The notes under the pieces were generated by a model. That model made no database searches. It saw nothing but the letters and a program-made list of their open reading frames with translations, and had not been told where the DNA came from. A stretch of 64,000 nt of DNA from Octopus bimaculoides (taxonomy: Eukaryota). The stretch is taken from assembly GCF_001194135.2 (NCBI RefSeq), contig NC_069009.1:8729071-8793070 (forward strand). Direction: 5' to 3'. The translations under genes and the position numbers were made by a program. Positions 1-11,424 of this stretch are shown here, piece after piece (position 1 is the stretch's first letter; every line of letters begins with the position of its first letter).

Positions 1-1194
1 GTGCTTGTACTTATAGCACTCTTTAGTAAAACCAAGGGAGACCCTAGATCTTCGAACAAAAACCGGTGACCCTGACCAAGCCACCACAAAAACTGACGAC
101 CTCGAACACACTGTCGTTATAACTATTCAAGCTTGACAGCCATCTTACACAATGACTGAATTCCGTGCGTATAGTGAAGATCAAATACGCCTTCGAACAA
201 TGAACCTTCTACACATCCTGAATAAATACTGATGCACAATCATCTCAGCCATCTTTACATCTCAGCCATCTTTACATACTGTGCATAAAAGTTTTTTCTG
301 TTGAAAAATTCAAATGCAGAGGTTTTTTTTATCACTGATTTTCCACTTTGAGTCATTTGGAGTGTGAGAAGTTTTCGACGTTCACCTATTACCAACGACC
401 CTATTTTGGGCTTCCAAGAGTCCTCCGTAGACAGTTGAATTAAAGTATAATTCTGAGAAATAGTGGTCTATTTTGGTCAATAAAAATTAATTTGTGCAAT
501 GAATATTATTTTGTAGGTAATTAAAGTGCAATGTGCATGCATGAGCGTATTTAGGATGCATAATGATTAGAAGGTAACAAGGGTGAGCAGAAATCAGGTG
601 GACATTGACACACTTTATTGAAATAAAAAAGTTTCCCCAAAATTAAACATAAATAAAGCATACTTAAAAATAACTCACACACACAAACATATACACACAT
701 ATATACATACAATTCACTATACACTTAAACATACAAACTCTCACACAAATATTTTACCCAAACCTTCCCATAAACACTCCCAAACATTCACATACACTTG
801 ACCCTTACACTAAAACATACAAACAAGGCTGACCCAAGCGATTTTGGATGAATGGGCTTATCTTTTGGCATCTTGTGTCACTAAAGTGTAGAAAGCATGT
901 TTGTTTTTTTAAAGAACATTTTTATATAGGTTTTTTTTTTTTTTTTAAACTTCAGAGAGATCACTTTCAGGAAATGTTGCAGTACAGGATGTGGGCACCT
1001 TGTGTTTGGGGCTCTCTTGAGTGCGAGGCCTGATTGAGAGCAACCAGTCCAATTGGCTTAAGGCCAATCTTGCACCCACCCACTTCAAAAGTGAGGAGAC
1101 AGTCCAAACTTCTGTTTCACCTGACTTAGTCTCACCACCCCTAATGTCATTTGAGGACATGTTCCCACACAGCTTTGGGTAGTCATTGCTGGTG

Positions 1195-1330
1195 ACTGTT
1201 TTATTTGGTTGCCCTTTACAACATGCAGGGGAAACGCTGGGTTTATTCTTTGGCTCCCACACAGCACTAAAGCAATGTGAAATGAAGTGTTTTGCTCAAG
1301 AACACAACATGTCACCCAGTCTGGAAATTG
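1195..1330 (-). mobile_element. Partial degenerate tRNA-derived SINE (family of the 35216 copy)
   Basis: tgaaatgaagtgttttgctcaagaacacaac matches the reverse complement of the body of the 35216-35598 element. Confidence 0.55.
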
Positions 1331-1789
1331 TTTTTAATTATGAAAGGTACAAGAAAGTGGTGATGGCAGAGGGGAGGGAGTAAGAATTTTTTATTTGGTT
1401 TGTTTTAAATGATGTGAATTCCAAATGTTTCAGATTGTGGAATATAATAAAATGACTAAAGGTAATGAAAAAATGTAATTTTAGTCGGGAAATGAAACAT
1501 TTTTTTTGAAAGGTGATGCTTGTTGTGAAAGTACAAAGGAGGAGGGAACTGAAGTTTAAAAAATTATATATTAATTTTTCTTTTATAAAAGGCTCCCCCA
1601 CCCCACCCATCATTTTGAAGTGTATGAAGCAAAAAACATTTGAATAATCCCAGACTAAATGGAAGAAATCCAACTTATGCAGGTGACCTATTCCTAAGCT
1701 CTGCCCATATTTTTTTTTATAAGAAACAGTTTCTTTTTTATGATGATAGTGTAAAGACTTCAAGGAAGTGCTGAGCTCTAATTATGGTG

Positions 1790-1935
1790 GGTACCTGTGA
1801 AAGGGGTAGACCCAAGAAGATGTGGAATGAAGTGGTGAGAAAGGATCTTCAGATGCTGGGCTTCACTAAGGAAGTGACAAGGGACCAGGAGATGTGGTAA
1901 TTTGCTGTACTTGATAAGATACGTCAAGATAACAA
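1790..1935 (+). mobile_element. 3' ORF fragment of RTE-clade LINE
   Basis: GTCERGRPKKMWNEVVRKDLQMLG-type C-terminus, shared with copies at 20.9 kb, 46.4 kb and 63.4 kb. Confidence 0.75.
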
Positions 1936-1937
1936 GA

Positions 1938-2056
1938 GTTCTATATTTAAGAAATTTCCCCAAGACACCTGATGAAGGCTGGAGGGTATATCAGCCGAAA
2001 TGTTGTGTTAGCAACAAACAAGATGAGGACAAATATCTGTCAATTGTAAATAATGT
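1938..2056 (+). mobile_element. Truncated copy of the hammerhead-bearing Penelope-like/SINE family
   Basis: Nearly identical to 41117-41226. Preceded by an inverted terminal piece (gttctatatttaag). Flanked by imperfect TSD aagataacaaga (1926) / aaaataactaga (2057). Confidence 0.75.
1964..2009 (+). ncRNA. Minimal type I hammerhead ribozyme motif (C15.2>U variant)
   Basis: gacac CTGATGA a ggctg-10nt-cagcc GAAA t g tt gtgtt. Confidence 0.6.
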
Positions 2057-2319
2057 AAAATAACTAGAATCGCTTTCTTCCACACATTCAAGCTTGTCCT
2101 TTCAGGTGCCAGTGTGTGTAGTAGTACAGAAAGGATGGAGAGCAGCAATATAACAAAACTGCATGAGGAACAAGGATGTGATGTGTGGGTTGGTAGAGTA
2201 GAAGAATAGAAAGACTAAGAGGGAGAGGAGGAGGAGAGAATTAAAATGAAACATAAATGTGTTGTGGTTTATAAGCATATTACTTGCAGGGCAGAAAGCA
2301 TAAAAAACAGTATGAAATC

Positions 2320-2510
2320 ATCATCATCATTTAATAACTGTTGTCCATACTAGCATGGGTTGGATGGTGTGACCAGAACTGGCAAGTCAGGGAGATACAC
2401 CAGACTCCAGTCTGATCTGACTTGGTTTCTATGGCTGGATGCCCTTCCTAACACCAACCACTTTACAGAGTGTGGCGGGTGCTTTTACATGGACCCACAT
2501 GGATGCTTTA
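2320..2510 (-). mobile_element. RTE-LINE 3' tail fragment ((CAT)n end)
   Basis: catcatcatttaa...ggctggatgcccttcctaac matches the reverse complement of 21300-21460. Confidence 0.75.
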
Positions 2511-2765
2511 TTCACATTGTTTTGAATTAGTCATCTTGTAGCCTTGGGATCTCAATGATGTGATTGCTTATTTTTTAAAAAAATGACCTGGCCAATTTGA
2601 ATATAAAACAGGTAAGATATTTAGGTCAGACATGGCACAATTGCTAATCACTTGGCATTCGGATCACTCTGTCAAATGTAATGCTTATTTATCTATGTTG
2701 TTTTGAAATGTGTAAACAAAAGAGTGACAAACTTGGAAGGAGTGTTCTGATTCTGTAATGCTAAT

Positions 2766-3150
2766 AATTACCTCTGCCAAGGAAGGAGGTTATGTTTTCA
2801 TTGGCGTTGGTTTGTCCGTCTGTCTGTCTGTGTGCAAAATAACTAAAAAAGTTGTGAACAGTATTTGATGAAACTTGCAAAAAAAGTTGGTAATGACACA
2901 AGGAACAGATGATGAAATTTCGGTAGGGATCCAGGAATTTTTATGGATTCTTGAAAGATTTTTCATTTGTTATATTTACTTTACATGAAGTATTACAATG
3001 TTACAGTCTTTGATTATCTCCCTTGAAAACACGTTCATCGTTTCCACGTAACCTATGGTGACGTTGCTGTTTCCAAAGTTTATTTTCGTTTCTCTATTAG
3101 TAATTTTACTTGCGTATCTATCTTAAAATGAGCTTGGCGGAGGATGACAT
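2766..3150 (+). mobile_element. Non-autonomous Helentron/DINE-1-like element (subterminal IRs, internal (GTCT)n)
   Basis: Sub-TIRs cctctgccaag (2771) / cttggcggagg (3133), with a short gtctgtct microsatellite after the 5' sub-TIR. A related 3' end, cttggcggagg...ttttCTAGtt, lies at 4208-4243. Confidence 0.55.
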
Positions 3151-3413
3151 GACAAGCCTTGACTATTGGGATTTGCTCCCTCCACCGCCGCTGTGAGCTC
3201 TATATCATCTGTATGATGTAGAAAATATTCCATCAACATTGCCCATTTTAAAAATTTGTCNNNNNNNNNNNNNNNNNNNNNNNNNNNNNNNNNNNNNNNN
3301 NNNNNNNNNNNNNNNNNNNNNNNNNNNNNNNNNNNNNNNNNNNNNNNNNNNNNNNNNNNNNNNNNNNNNNNNNNNNNNNNNNNNNNNNNNNNNNNNNNNN
3401 NNNNNNNNNNNNN

Positions 3414-3745
3414 ATCTGTCCACTACAGAAATGTCTGTGTCGTATCACAACACTGACAGAACTATTTCATCTCAATTGGCCCTACTCTCTTCAACATCGT
3501 GCCAGACACACATAAAGGAGGAAAGTGACTTCATGGCATTCAAACGATCCCTAGATGATTACCCCCAACAAATACCAGATAAACCAGCCACACCTAGATA
3601 TATCTCTGAAAACAATAACCCTCTGCTTGAATGGGCTACGGTTCCCCAGAGCTGACTGTATATCTCTTTCAGGTGGTGCTATTAAATTAGACATGGCCTG
3701 AGTCAACTTTGGCCGAAACTTATCTAAGTAATCTAATCTATTCTG
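3414..3745 (+). mobile_element. 3' end of CR1-like LINE
   Basis: FKRSLDDYPQQIPDKPATPRYISENNNPLLEW resembles CR1-clade ORF2 C-termini. Ends in (atct)-like short repeats. Confidence 0.6.
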
Positions 3746-4466
3746 TAACCTTTTAATCAAAGCACGACAACGTGGGTAGAGGCTGTATCTTAACATTTCT
3801 GATGGTCTTAAGTATAAAAAAAAATTATGGAAGATTTGTATAGATCTACATTCAGAGTATGTCTATAAGCTATTGTGTTTAGATAGACCTGGTTTCTATC
3901 CTCGAACTCTTCCATTTTGTAGATGCAATTTTGTTTTTAATAAAGCATTCCGAAATTAGAAAAAATCAAAAAACTGCAACAATCTCGGTCTCATGAGTAT
4001 CGGATAATGGATTTTCAACCGTGCAAAGAAACTGATTGTGGTGATTGCAGTTTTGACGTTGATTGTGGTGAAAGCAGAGACAGGGTTGATGATGACGATG
4101 GTCGAGATAAGTATGAGGGGAGGAAGATAAAATAGTATCTCTGTTATGTTTTTACCGGCGTTGGTTTGGGAAATTGGGCGATTTTCAGCATGTGCGGAAA
4201 TAAACTGCTTGGCGGAGGCCTTTCTCTGAGTGCTTTTCTAGTTTCAAAATGTAACCACATTTGAATCGTTGGCGATTTTCTTCCTCTATCTTCTTTTCCA
4301 TTGGAGTTTCCTCTGTTTCTGAAGAAGAGCGTTGCTTGAATTGTTAAACCATATTTCTTTCCTTCCCTCTGCATCTGCTAATACTTTACATGTACCATGT
4401 CTGTTCTTATTTTTCTGGATTTGCTATACAAAGATATAAATATATATATATATATATAGATACATA

Positions 4467-4628
4467 GGCGTAGGAGTGGCTGTGTGGTAAGTAGCTTGCT
4501 TACGAACCGCATGGTTCCGGGTTCAGTCCCACTGTGTGGCACCTTGGGCAAGTGTCTTCTACTATACCCTCGGGCCGACCAAAACCTTGTGATTGGATTT
4601 GGTAGATGGAAACTGAAAGAAGCCCGTC

Positions 4629-4660
<32 letters not shown>

Positions 4661-4878
4661 GTATGTATGTTTGTGTGTCTGTGTTTGTCCCCCCCAACAT
4701 CACTTGACAACCAATGCTGCTGTGTTTACGTCCCTGTAACTTAGCGGTTCGACAAAAGATACCGATACAATAAGTACTTGGCTTACAAAGACTGAGTCCT
4801 AGGGTCAATTTGCTTGACTAAAGGCAGTGCTCCAGCATGGCCATAGTCAAATGACTGAAACAAGTAAAAGAAATAAAA
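4467..4878 (+). mobile_element. Full-length tRNA-derived SINE, family A (most abundant in window)
   Basis: A box ggctgtgtggt, B box ggttcagtccc, internal (TA)n/(GT)n, tail gaaacaagtaaaaga. More than 12 related copies in the window. Confidence 0.85.
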
Positions 4879-4910
4879 GAGATATAAATACATATAATCA
4901 TGTATACAAA

Positions 4911-5085
4911 TACATAGTGAAACTAATATGTGTATGTAGANNNNNNNNNNTAATCATGTATACAAATACATAGTGAAACTAATATGTGTATGTAGATAGT
5001 GAAACTAATATGTGTATGCAGATAGTGAAACTAATATGTGTATGCAGATAGTGAAACTAATATGTGTATGCAGATAGTGAAAGTA
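4911..5085. repeat. 26-bp minisatellite (tagtgaaactaatatgtgtatg[t/c]aga), about 5-6 units, split by a 10-N gap
   Basis: Direct tandem units visible. Sequence is duplicated on both sides of the gap. Confidence 0.8.
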
Positions 5086-5326
5086 ATTGAAATTGAAACC
5101 ATATAACAGTGAAAGCATCATCTCACATTACAATATATTTATTGTTTCATTTTGACGCAGAATAGCAAAACTTTAGGCAAGACGTAGAAAAATTCTTTTT
5201 GATCCATGAACCCTAAGGAAGGCATGAATAAAAATTTGAATGAAGTCGGTTGGGTAGTTCTCAAGTTTTAGTGATGCAGACACACATTCTCAATAATACA
5301 TATACACACACACACATTCTCAGTAA

Positions 5327-6721
5327 TCTATCTATATATATATAAAATTGAGAATGTATGTCTGTGTGTGTGTGTGTGTGTGAATCCCTAAAACTCCAGA
5401 ACTACACAACCAATTTCATTCAAATTTTACACATGCCTTACTTAGGGTCCCATTTGTGTTTTAGTCAAAAAAAAATTTTAACTTCTTGCATACTTCCAGC
5501 CCACAGCAACATCATATCTCCTCCACTATTTGAAACAAAAACACTCATGTCATTCGAACCGGAATCTCAAAAACATTGTTATTATTAAATTTATGCATTT
5601 CTAATCAATTTGGAGATATTTGCTATCGAGTTGCAGATTTTTAACAATGCATTTAGTGATTATTTGCTTTATTTCTTGGGCAAAATTTACAANNNNNNNN
5701 NNNNNNNNNNNNNNNNNNNNNNNNNNNNNNNNNNNNNNNNNNNNNNNNNNNNNNNNNNNNNNNNNNNNNNNNNNNNNNNNNNNNNNNNNNNNNNNNNNNN
5801 NNNNNNNNNNNNNNNNNNNNNNNNNNNNNNNNNNNNNNNNNNNNNNNNNNNNNNNNNNNNNNNNNNNNNNNNNNNNNNNNNNNNNNNNNNNNNNNNNNNN
5901 NNNNNNNNNNNNNNNNNNNNNNNNNNNNNNNNNNNNNNNNNNNNNNNNNNNNNNNNNNNNNNNNNNNNNNNNNNNNNNNNNNNNNNNNNNNNNNNNNNNN
6001 NNNNNNNNNNNNNNNNNNNNNNNNNNNNNNNNNNNNNNNNNNNNNNNNNNNNATCTGGGATAGACCGGCCAGCCCATGACAAAAGGGGGCACCCGCAGAA
6101 CTACCAGCTCACGAACTGCATCTGAAAGTTGGCGCGCCAATCATGCTGCTAAGGAATTTAGATGCTCCGATAATGTGCAATGGTACGCGGATAATTATCA
6201 AAAAAGAGTGCTCCCGAGTTCTGTAGGCAACAATCTTGAATGAACCAGCCACTGGCTAAGACATACTTATAACTCCCATGTCTCTTACCCACAAGTTTAA
6301 ACAGATGCAATTTCCCATCAAACTCTGCTTTCCGATGACAATCAACAAGGCACAGGGACAATCAGTGCAAGCGGTTGGTTTGAATCTGAGAGAGCAAGTA
6401 TTCTCACATGCACAGTTGTACGTTGGCTGTCCCCATGTTCTTTCTATTTGTGCACCCGAGGGAAGGACGAAGAATGTTGTCTACCAAGAGGCACTCCAAT
6501 GATAACAACGGCAACTTCAACTGCTCTAATTTCAACTCCGCAATTTTTTCATCGTCCTGCCAGCCAACGTAAGTCCAGTCTTGCTTTGCTCTCCTTACTA
6601 ACTCACCATGACATTCTTTTTTTTTCTACCAAGATCCGTATCCACTTCTTCCTCTTTTTTATGTCTTCGTCTCTCTCTTCGTGTCGTTCTCTGACCGGGT
6701 GAAACCGGGCTCAGCTGCTAG
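5327..6721 (+). mobile_element. Internally deleted Helitron with both termini and a PIF1-helicase C-terminal remnant
   Basis: 5' A|TCTATCTATATATATAAAA followed by (GT)n. Contains PAELPAHELHLKVGAPIMLLRNLDAPIMCNGTR and QFPIKLCFPMTINKAQGQS...FSHAQLYV...TKNVVYQEAL. 3' hairpin ccgggtgaaaccggg then CTAG|T at 6718-6722. Confidence 0.9.
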
Positions 6722-6739
6722 TACATATATACACACACG

Positions 6740-6960
6740 TTTATCTTTCTTTTACTTGTTTCAGTCATTAGACTGGCCATGCTGGGGCACTGCCCTGGAA
6801 AATTTTTAGATGAATGAATTGAATCCCAGTACTTAAGTTTTTTTAAAGCCTAGTACTTATTTTGTCAGTGTCTTTTGCTGAACTGCTATGCTATGGAGAC
6901 ATAAACAGAGCAGCACTGGTTGTCAATTGGTGGCGTGGGGCAAACACACACAAAACCAAG
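6740..6960 (-). mobile_element. SINE family A, 3' part
   Basis: cttttacttgtttcagtcatt...aagcctagtacttat matches the reverse complement of the 4467 copy tail. Confidence 0.7.
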
Positions 6961-7475
6961 GTATTTTAATAACAAAGACACCAAAGTAAAGTCAGATCCC
7001 TCTCGAGCCTAAGTCATTCTGTTTTAATGCCTTCTTAACACACTCACCGGTTTGCTGGAAATCGAACCGGTGAGTGTATTAATTAAAACACAATGACTCT
7101 CCCCAGACGAAATAGGATTCAACACATGAATTCACATAAAGAATCTTGCAAGTCAAATACAAAAATGAAATATATATATGATGGTCTTCTTTCACTGTCC
7201 ATCTACCAAATCCACTCAGCTTGAGGCTATAGAAAACACTCGCCCACTTGGTGAATTCTGTTGCTTCTGTTCCAGTTGAACTTAGAGTAGCAAGCAAGTT
7301 CAGTGAGAGCTGAAACAGAATTAACCATGTAATCCAGTCCCTATGGAACAGGTCGCAGTCTCAAATGACTTATAAACACCTTCCACACTGCAACTGATTT
7401 TAGAATGTAATATAATACATAAGAAATAGAAGACACTACTTGTTTAACGATTAAAAACTTTATTCTTGTATGTGT

Positions 7476-7509
<34 letters not shown>

Positions 7510-8029
7510 AGAGGAGGGTGTCAGAACTTTGATATGCATAGAGATAACTCTAGATATGTTTCTACATTATTAAATCTCCTCTCTGAATCACTGTCTTACT
7601 AGTATTGCCTTAACTTAAGGTTACTGAGAGATGTAGTATGCATATGCTGTGTGTGTGAATGAAAGAACAGGAGATACATTATGACTCATTAGCTTACAAC
7701 TGTTTTGGCTACAAGGAAATCTACCCTCAGAATTGAGTGCTATTGTGACATCATAAAGCTTCTGACAACTGGATAATGGTCCTGCTATATCATTCGACCT
7801 AACTCATTGTAAAGCAAATTACCACCATGAGTGATATCCAAACTACAGTGGGAAAAGCAAGCCAATGGCTAGAAGAATATTGAGTGAAACCTAGTAACCA
7901 GTTGATCTAGCAAGCAAGGCCTCATTTCAGTGAGAGGAGGCCTGCATAAACTTGCTAGCATCCAGTATGTGGAGCTTTCAACTGGCAGCACTTGCATATG
8001 CAAATTGTTTGCAAAAAGGAGTGGCTATG

Positions 8030-8188
8030 TGGTAAGAAGCTTGCTTCCCAACCACATGGTTTTGGGTTCAGTCCCACTGTGTAGCACCTTGGGCAAGTGT
8101 CTTCTACTATAGCCTTCGGCTTACCAAAGCCTTGTGAATGGATTTGGTAGACGGAAACTGAAAGAAGCCCATTGTGTGTGTGTGTGTA

Positions 8189-8268
<80 letters not shown>

Positions 8269-8652
8269 TGGAGGAGTGGCTGTGTGGTAAGTAGCTTACT
8301 TACTGCAGGCATGCAGAAGCACTGCCTTTAGTTGAAGAAATCAGCTACAAATCAACTTTGTAAGCCTAGTACTTATTCTATCAGTATCTTTTGCCAAACC
8401 GCTAAGTTACAGGGGCGTAAACACACCAACATTGTTTGTCAAAGGATGGTAGAGGGACAAACTCAGACACACACACATATATAAATATGACGGGCTTCTT
8501 TCAGTTTCCATCTACCAAATCCACTCACAAGGCTTTGGTCGGCCCGAGGCTATAGTAGAAGACACTTGCCCAAGGTGTCATGCAGTGGGACTGAACCCAG
8601 GGCCATGTGGCTGGGAAGCAAGCTCCTTACCACACAGCCACACCAGCACCTA
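8030..8652. mobile_element. Cluster of SINE family A copies (two + heads, one - copy at 8310-8652)
   Basis: Head motif ggagtggctgtgtggtaag at ~8030 and ~8270. Reverse-complement full copy ends at ttaccacacagccac. Confidence 0.8.
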
Positions 8653-9065
8653 CATATATATAATATATACATACACACACACACACACACACATGTATGT
8701 GTGTGTATATATTATATATAATTATTGTATTTGGTGTGCAAGATTCTTGATGAGAAAACATGTATTGAAACATATTTTGATGTATTGGCATAATGACCCT
8801 CCCAAAATTCAAATACACACACACACACACACACATCCATGTGTGTGTGGTTGTGTGTTTGAAACTGTCATATGGTGGTCTGAGCACCCAAAAGTTTCAA
8901 GTTCAATCCCCACTGAAGGTGGCATTTAAATAACAGGAGGAAGATACTGCCTAGGTGGGCCCAGCTCCCTTAGGCTGAAACACTCGTTTGACAGTTCTTC
9001 CTCTGAAAATTTCTCCTGCAGTCCACCCACCCTGTAGCGAGTTTCCCCTCATTCTCTCCCTCTCA

Positions 9066-9098
<33 letters not shown>

Positions 9099-9109
9099 AT
9101 GTAAGGCAA

Positions 9110-9393
9110 GGCGTAAGTAACCGTCATTACATATTTTTCTTTATTGTCGTAAATTTGACTTACAGCTGTTTCCATAGGTTTGTTATTGATAAGTTTATTC
9201 AATCAGTCCATTGATCAATTTCTTCAGAAACATTTCTATGACTCTGATGCAAGTAGCATTAATATTTTAGGTCATTCAATTCTTCTCGAGCAGTCAATGG
9301 GCCGATTGAGTAAACATATCCGTAATGAATCTAAAATGACTACTGGAAACAGCTGTAAGTCAAATTCATTACAATAAAGAAATTTATTTACGC
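9110..9393. repeat. Fold-back element with ~55-bp inverted arms and a degenerate long-stem-II hammerhead motif
   Basis: Arms tttattg..aatttgacttacagctgtttcca / tggaaacagctgtaagtcaaatt..caataaa. Motif tgact CTGATGC ... GAAA c agct g TA agtca at 9239-9362. Confidence 0.55.
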
Positions 9394-9559
9394 CCTGTCT
9401 TGTGTATCATGCTCTGTAAAAAAACAGTAGAACTGGGACACAACCATGAATTTACAATACAGGATGGTGATGAACCTTGGACCCTGCCACAAGAATACGC
9501 AGAGTTCTTGACTAACCTGAACAATATTGTTAGCCTGAACTGAAAATCCCTCAGTAATA

Positions 9560-9688
9560 ACTGTGTGATAAGAAGCTTGCTTCCAACCACATGGTTCCAC
9601 TGCTTGGCTCCCTGGGTAAGCATCTTCTATCATAGCCTCAAGCCAACCAAAGCCTTGTGAGTGGATTTGGAAACTGAAAGAAGCTCAT

Positions 9689-9690
<2 letters not shown>
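9560..9690 (+). mobile_element. SINE family A, 5' part
   Basis: gtgtgataagaagcttgcttccaaccacatgg...aaagccttgtgagtggatttgg. Confidence 0.7.
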
Positions 9691-9748
<58 letters not shown>

Positions 9749-10244
9749 NNNNNNNNNNNNNNNNNNNNNNNNNNNNNNNNNNNNNNNNNNNNNNNNNNNN
9801 NNNNNNNNNNNNNNNNNNNNNNNNNNNNNNNNNNNNNNNNNNNNNNNNNNNNNNNNNNNNNNNNNNNNNNNNNNNNNNNNNNNNNNNNNNNNNNNNNNNN
9901 NNNNNNNNNNNNNNNNNNNNNNNNNNNNNNNNNNNNNNNNNNNNNNNNNNNNNNNNNNNNNNNNNNNNNNNNNNNNNNNNNNNNNNNNNNNNNNNNNNNN
10001 NNNNNNNNNNNNNNNNNNNNNNNNNNNNNNNNNNNNNNNNNNNNNNNNNNNNNNNNNNNNNNNNNNNNNNNNNNNNNNNNNNNNNNNNNNNNNNNNNNNN
10101 NNNNNNNNNNNNNNNNNNNNNNNNNNNNNNNNNNNNNNNNNNNNNNNNNNNNNNNNNNNNNNNNNNNNNNNNNNNNNNNNNNNNNNTATATATATATATA
10201 TATATATATATCAAATGTAATTTGTGTATGTATATATATATATA

Positions 10245-10410
10245 TGAGTCTAGGACATTTACCCCCCCCCCCCCACAAAGGACAATTACCCCTGAGGACA
10301 ACAGATGATTTAAAACTTTGTAATATATTGGAGAGGAGATAATTAACTAAGGAGCGGGGCAGTAATTGTCTTAGGGGGTAGTTGTCATTGGGGGAATTGT
10401 CCTGATACAG
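10245..10410. mobile_element. MITE-like element with repeated subterminal ggacaattacccc / ggggtaattgtc motifs
   Basis: Three left motifs (ggacatttacccc, ggacaattacccc, ggacaac) mirrored by three right motifs (gtaattgtc, ggggtagttgtc, gggggaattgtcc). Confidence 0.55.
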
Positions 10411-10674
10411 TATATATGTGTGTGTGTGTGTGTGTGTAGGGATAAATTATCAAATTATCTCGATGGGTACCATAAGAGCTCTCAGGTATAGTCCAGGTTA
10501 TGGCTAACCACATGTGGTAAGAAGCAACAAAGAATGCTTAAGGTGAGCAATCCCACCATAACTCTTCTGATAAGCAAATCCAGGTTCGGTTTGCTTCCCT
10601 GGATTATGAATATTTTCAGGAGTGTAAATCCAAAACAATTACAAGGAAACTTGTACATCATATTTTTTCTTTTC

Positions 10675-10946
10675 ATTATACAGCATAATTAGTTAGTTAA
10701 AATGACTGAAATATGTTTCTGCTGCATAGAATATGTACAGTTGCATATGCAACCTGCAATATTCTGCTCTGCACCTTCATTCAGGGTCTTTCTACAACTG
10801 TGGTCTGATGCAAACTGAGTTTATGTACGGGTAGCTTATATATTTATTTTACTGTGATTTAAGATACAAAAGGAACGTGAAAAGGAGATATTGAAACCTG
10901 ATATGGCTAGAAAACTTACTTTGTCTCCGACCTCAAGCTTGACCTT
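10675..10946. repeat. ~270-bp segment nearly identical to 45348-45620 (same orientation)
   Basis: Direct comparison shows about 4 differences over ~270 nt. Confidence 0.9.
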
Positions 10947-11355
10947 TGTTCCAGGATGAAATAGAGCTCTATACACTAAATTAGGTCAAAGTACATATGT
11001 TTTAATACACCTTCATCTATGTATTAAAAGAAATTAAATAAAAATAAGTTGATAATTGAGTTTTAGATAATATAGAAGTTAATGTGTCCTATGTCTTGCT
11101 ATGGTTTATAAAAAAGATATTTTAAGCTGGTGAGAATATCTATAACTACTTAAAAGTTAAACCAAATATTGTCCTGTCATTTACTCCTTAAATTTAGGCA
11201 CCTCCCATTTGTGTAGCAGATACTGTCCTTATATATATATATATTATTGAATGCATGTGTATGCACATGTACATGCACACACACACACACTATCAAGGAA
11301 TTTTGTTTCAACTTTGCAAACATAGAAAAGTAGATGATAAAACAACAATGACATA

Positions 11356-11408
<53 letters not shown>

Positions 11409-11424
11409 TGTTTATACACATAGT

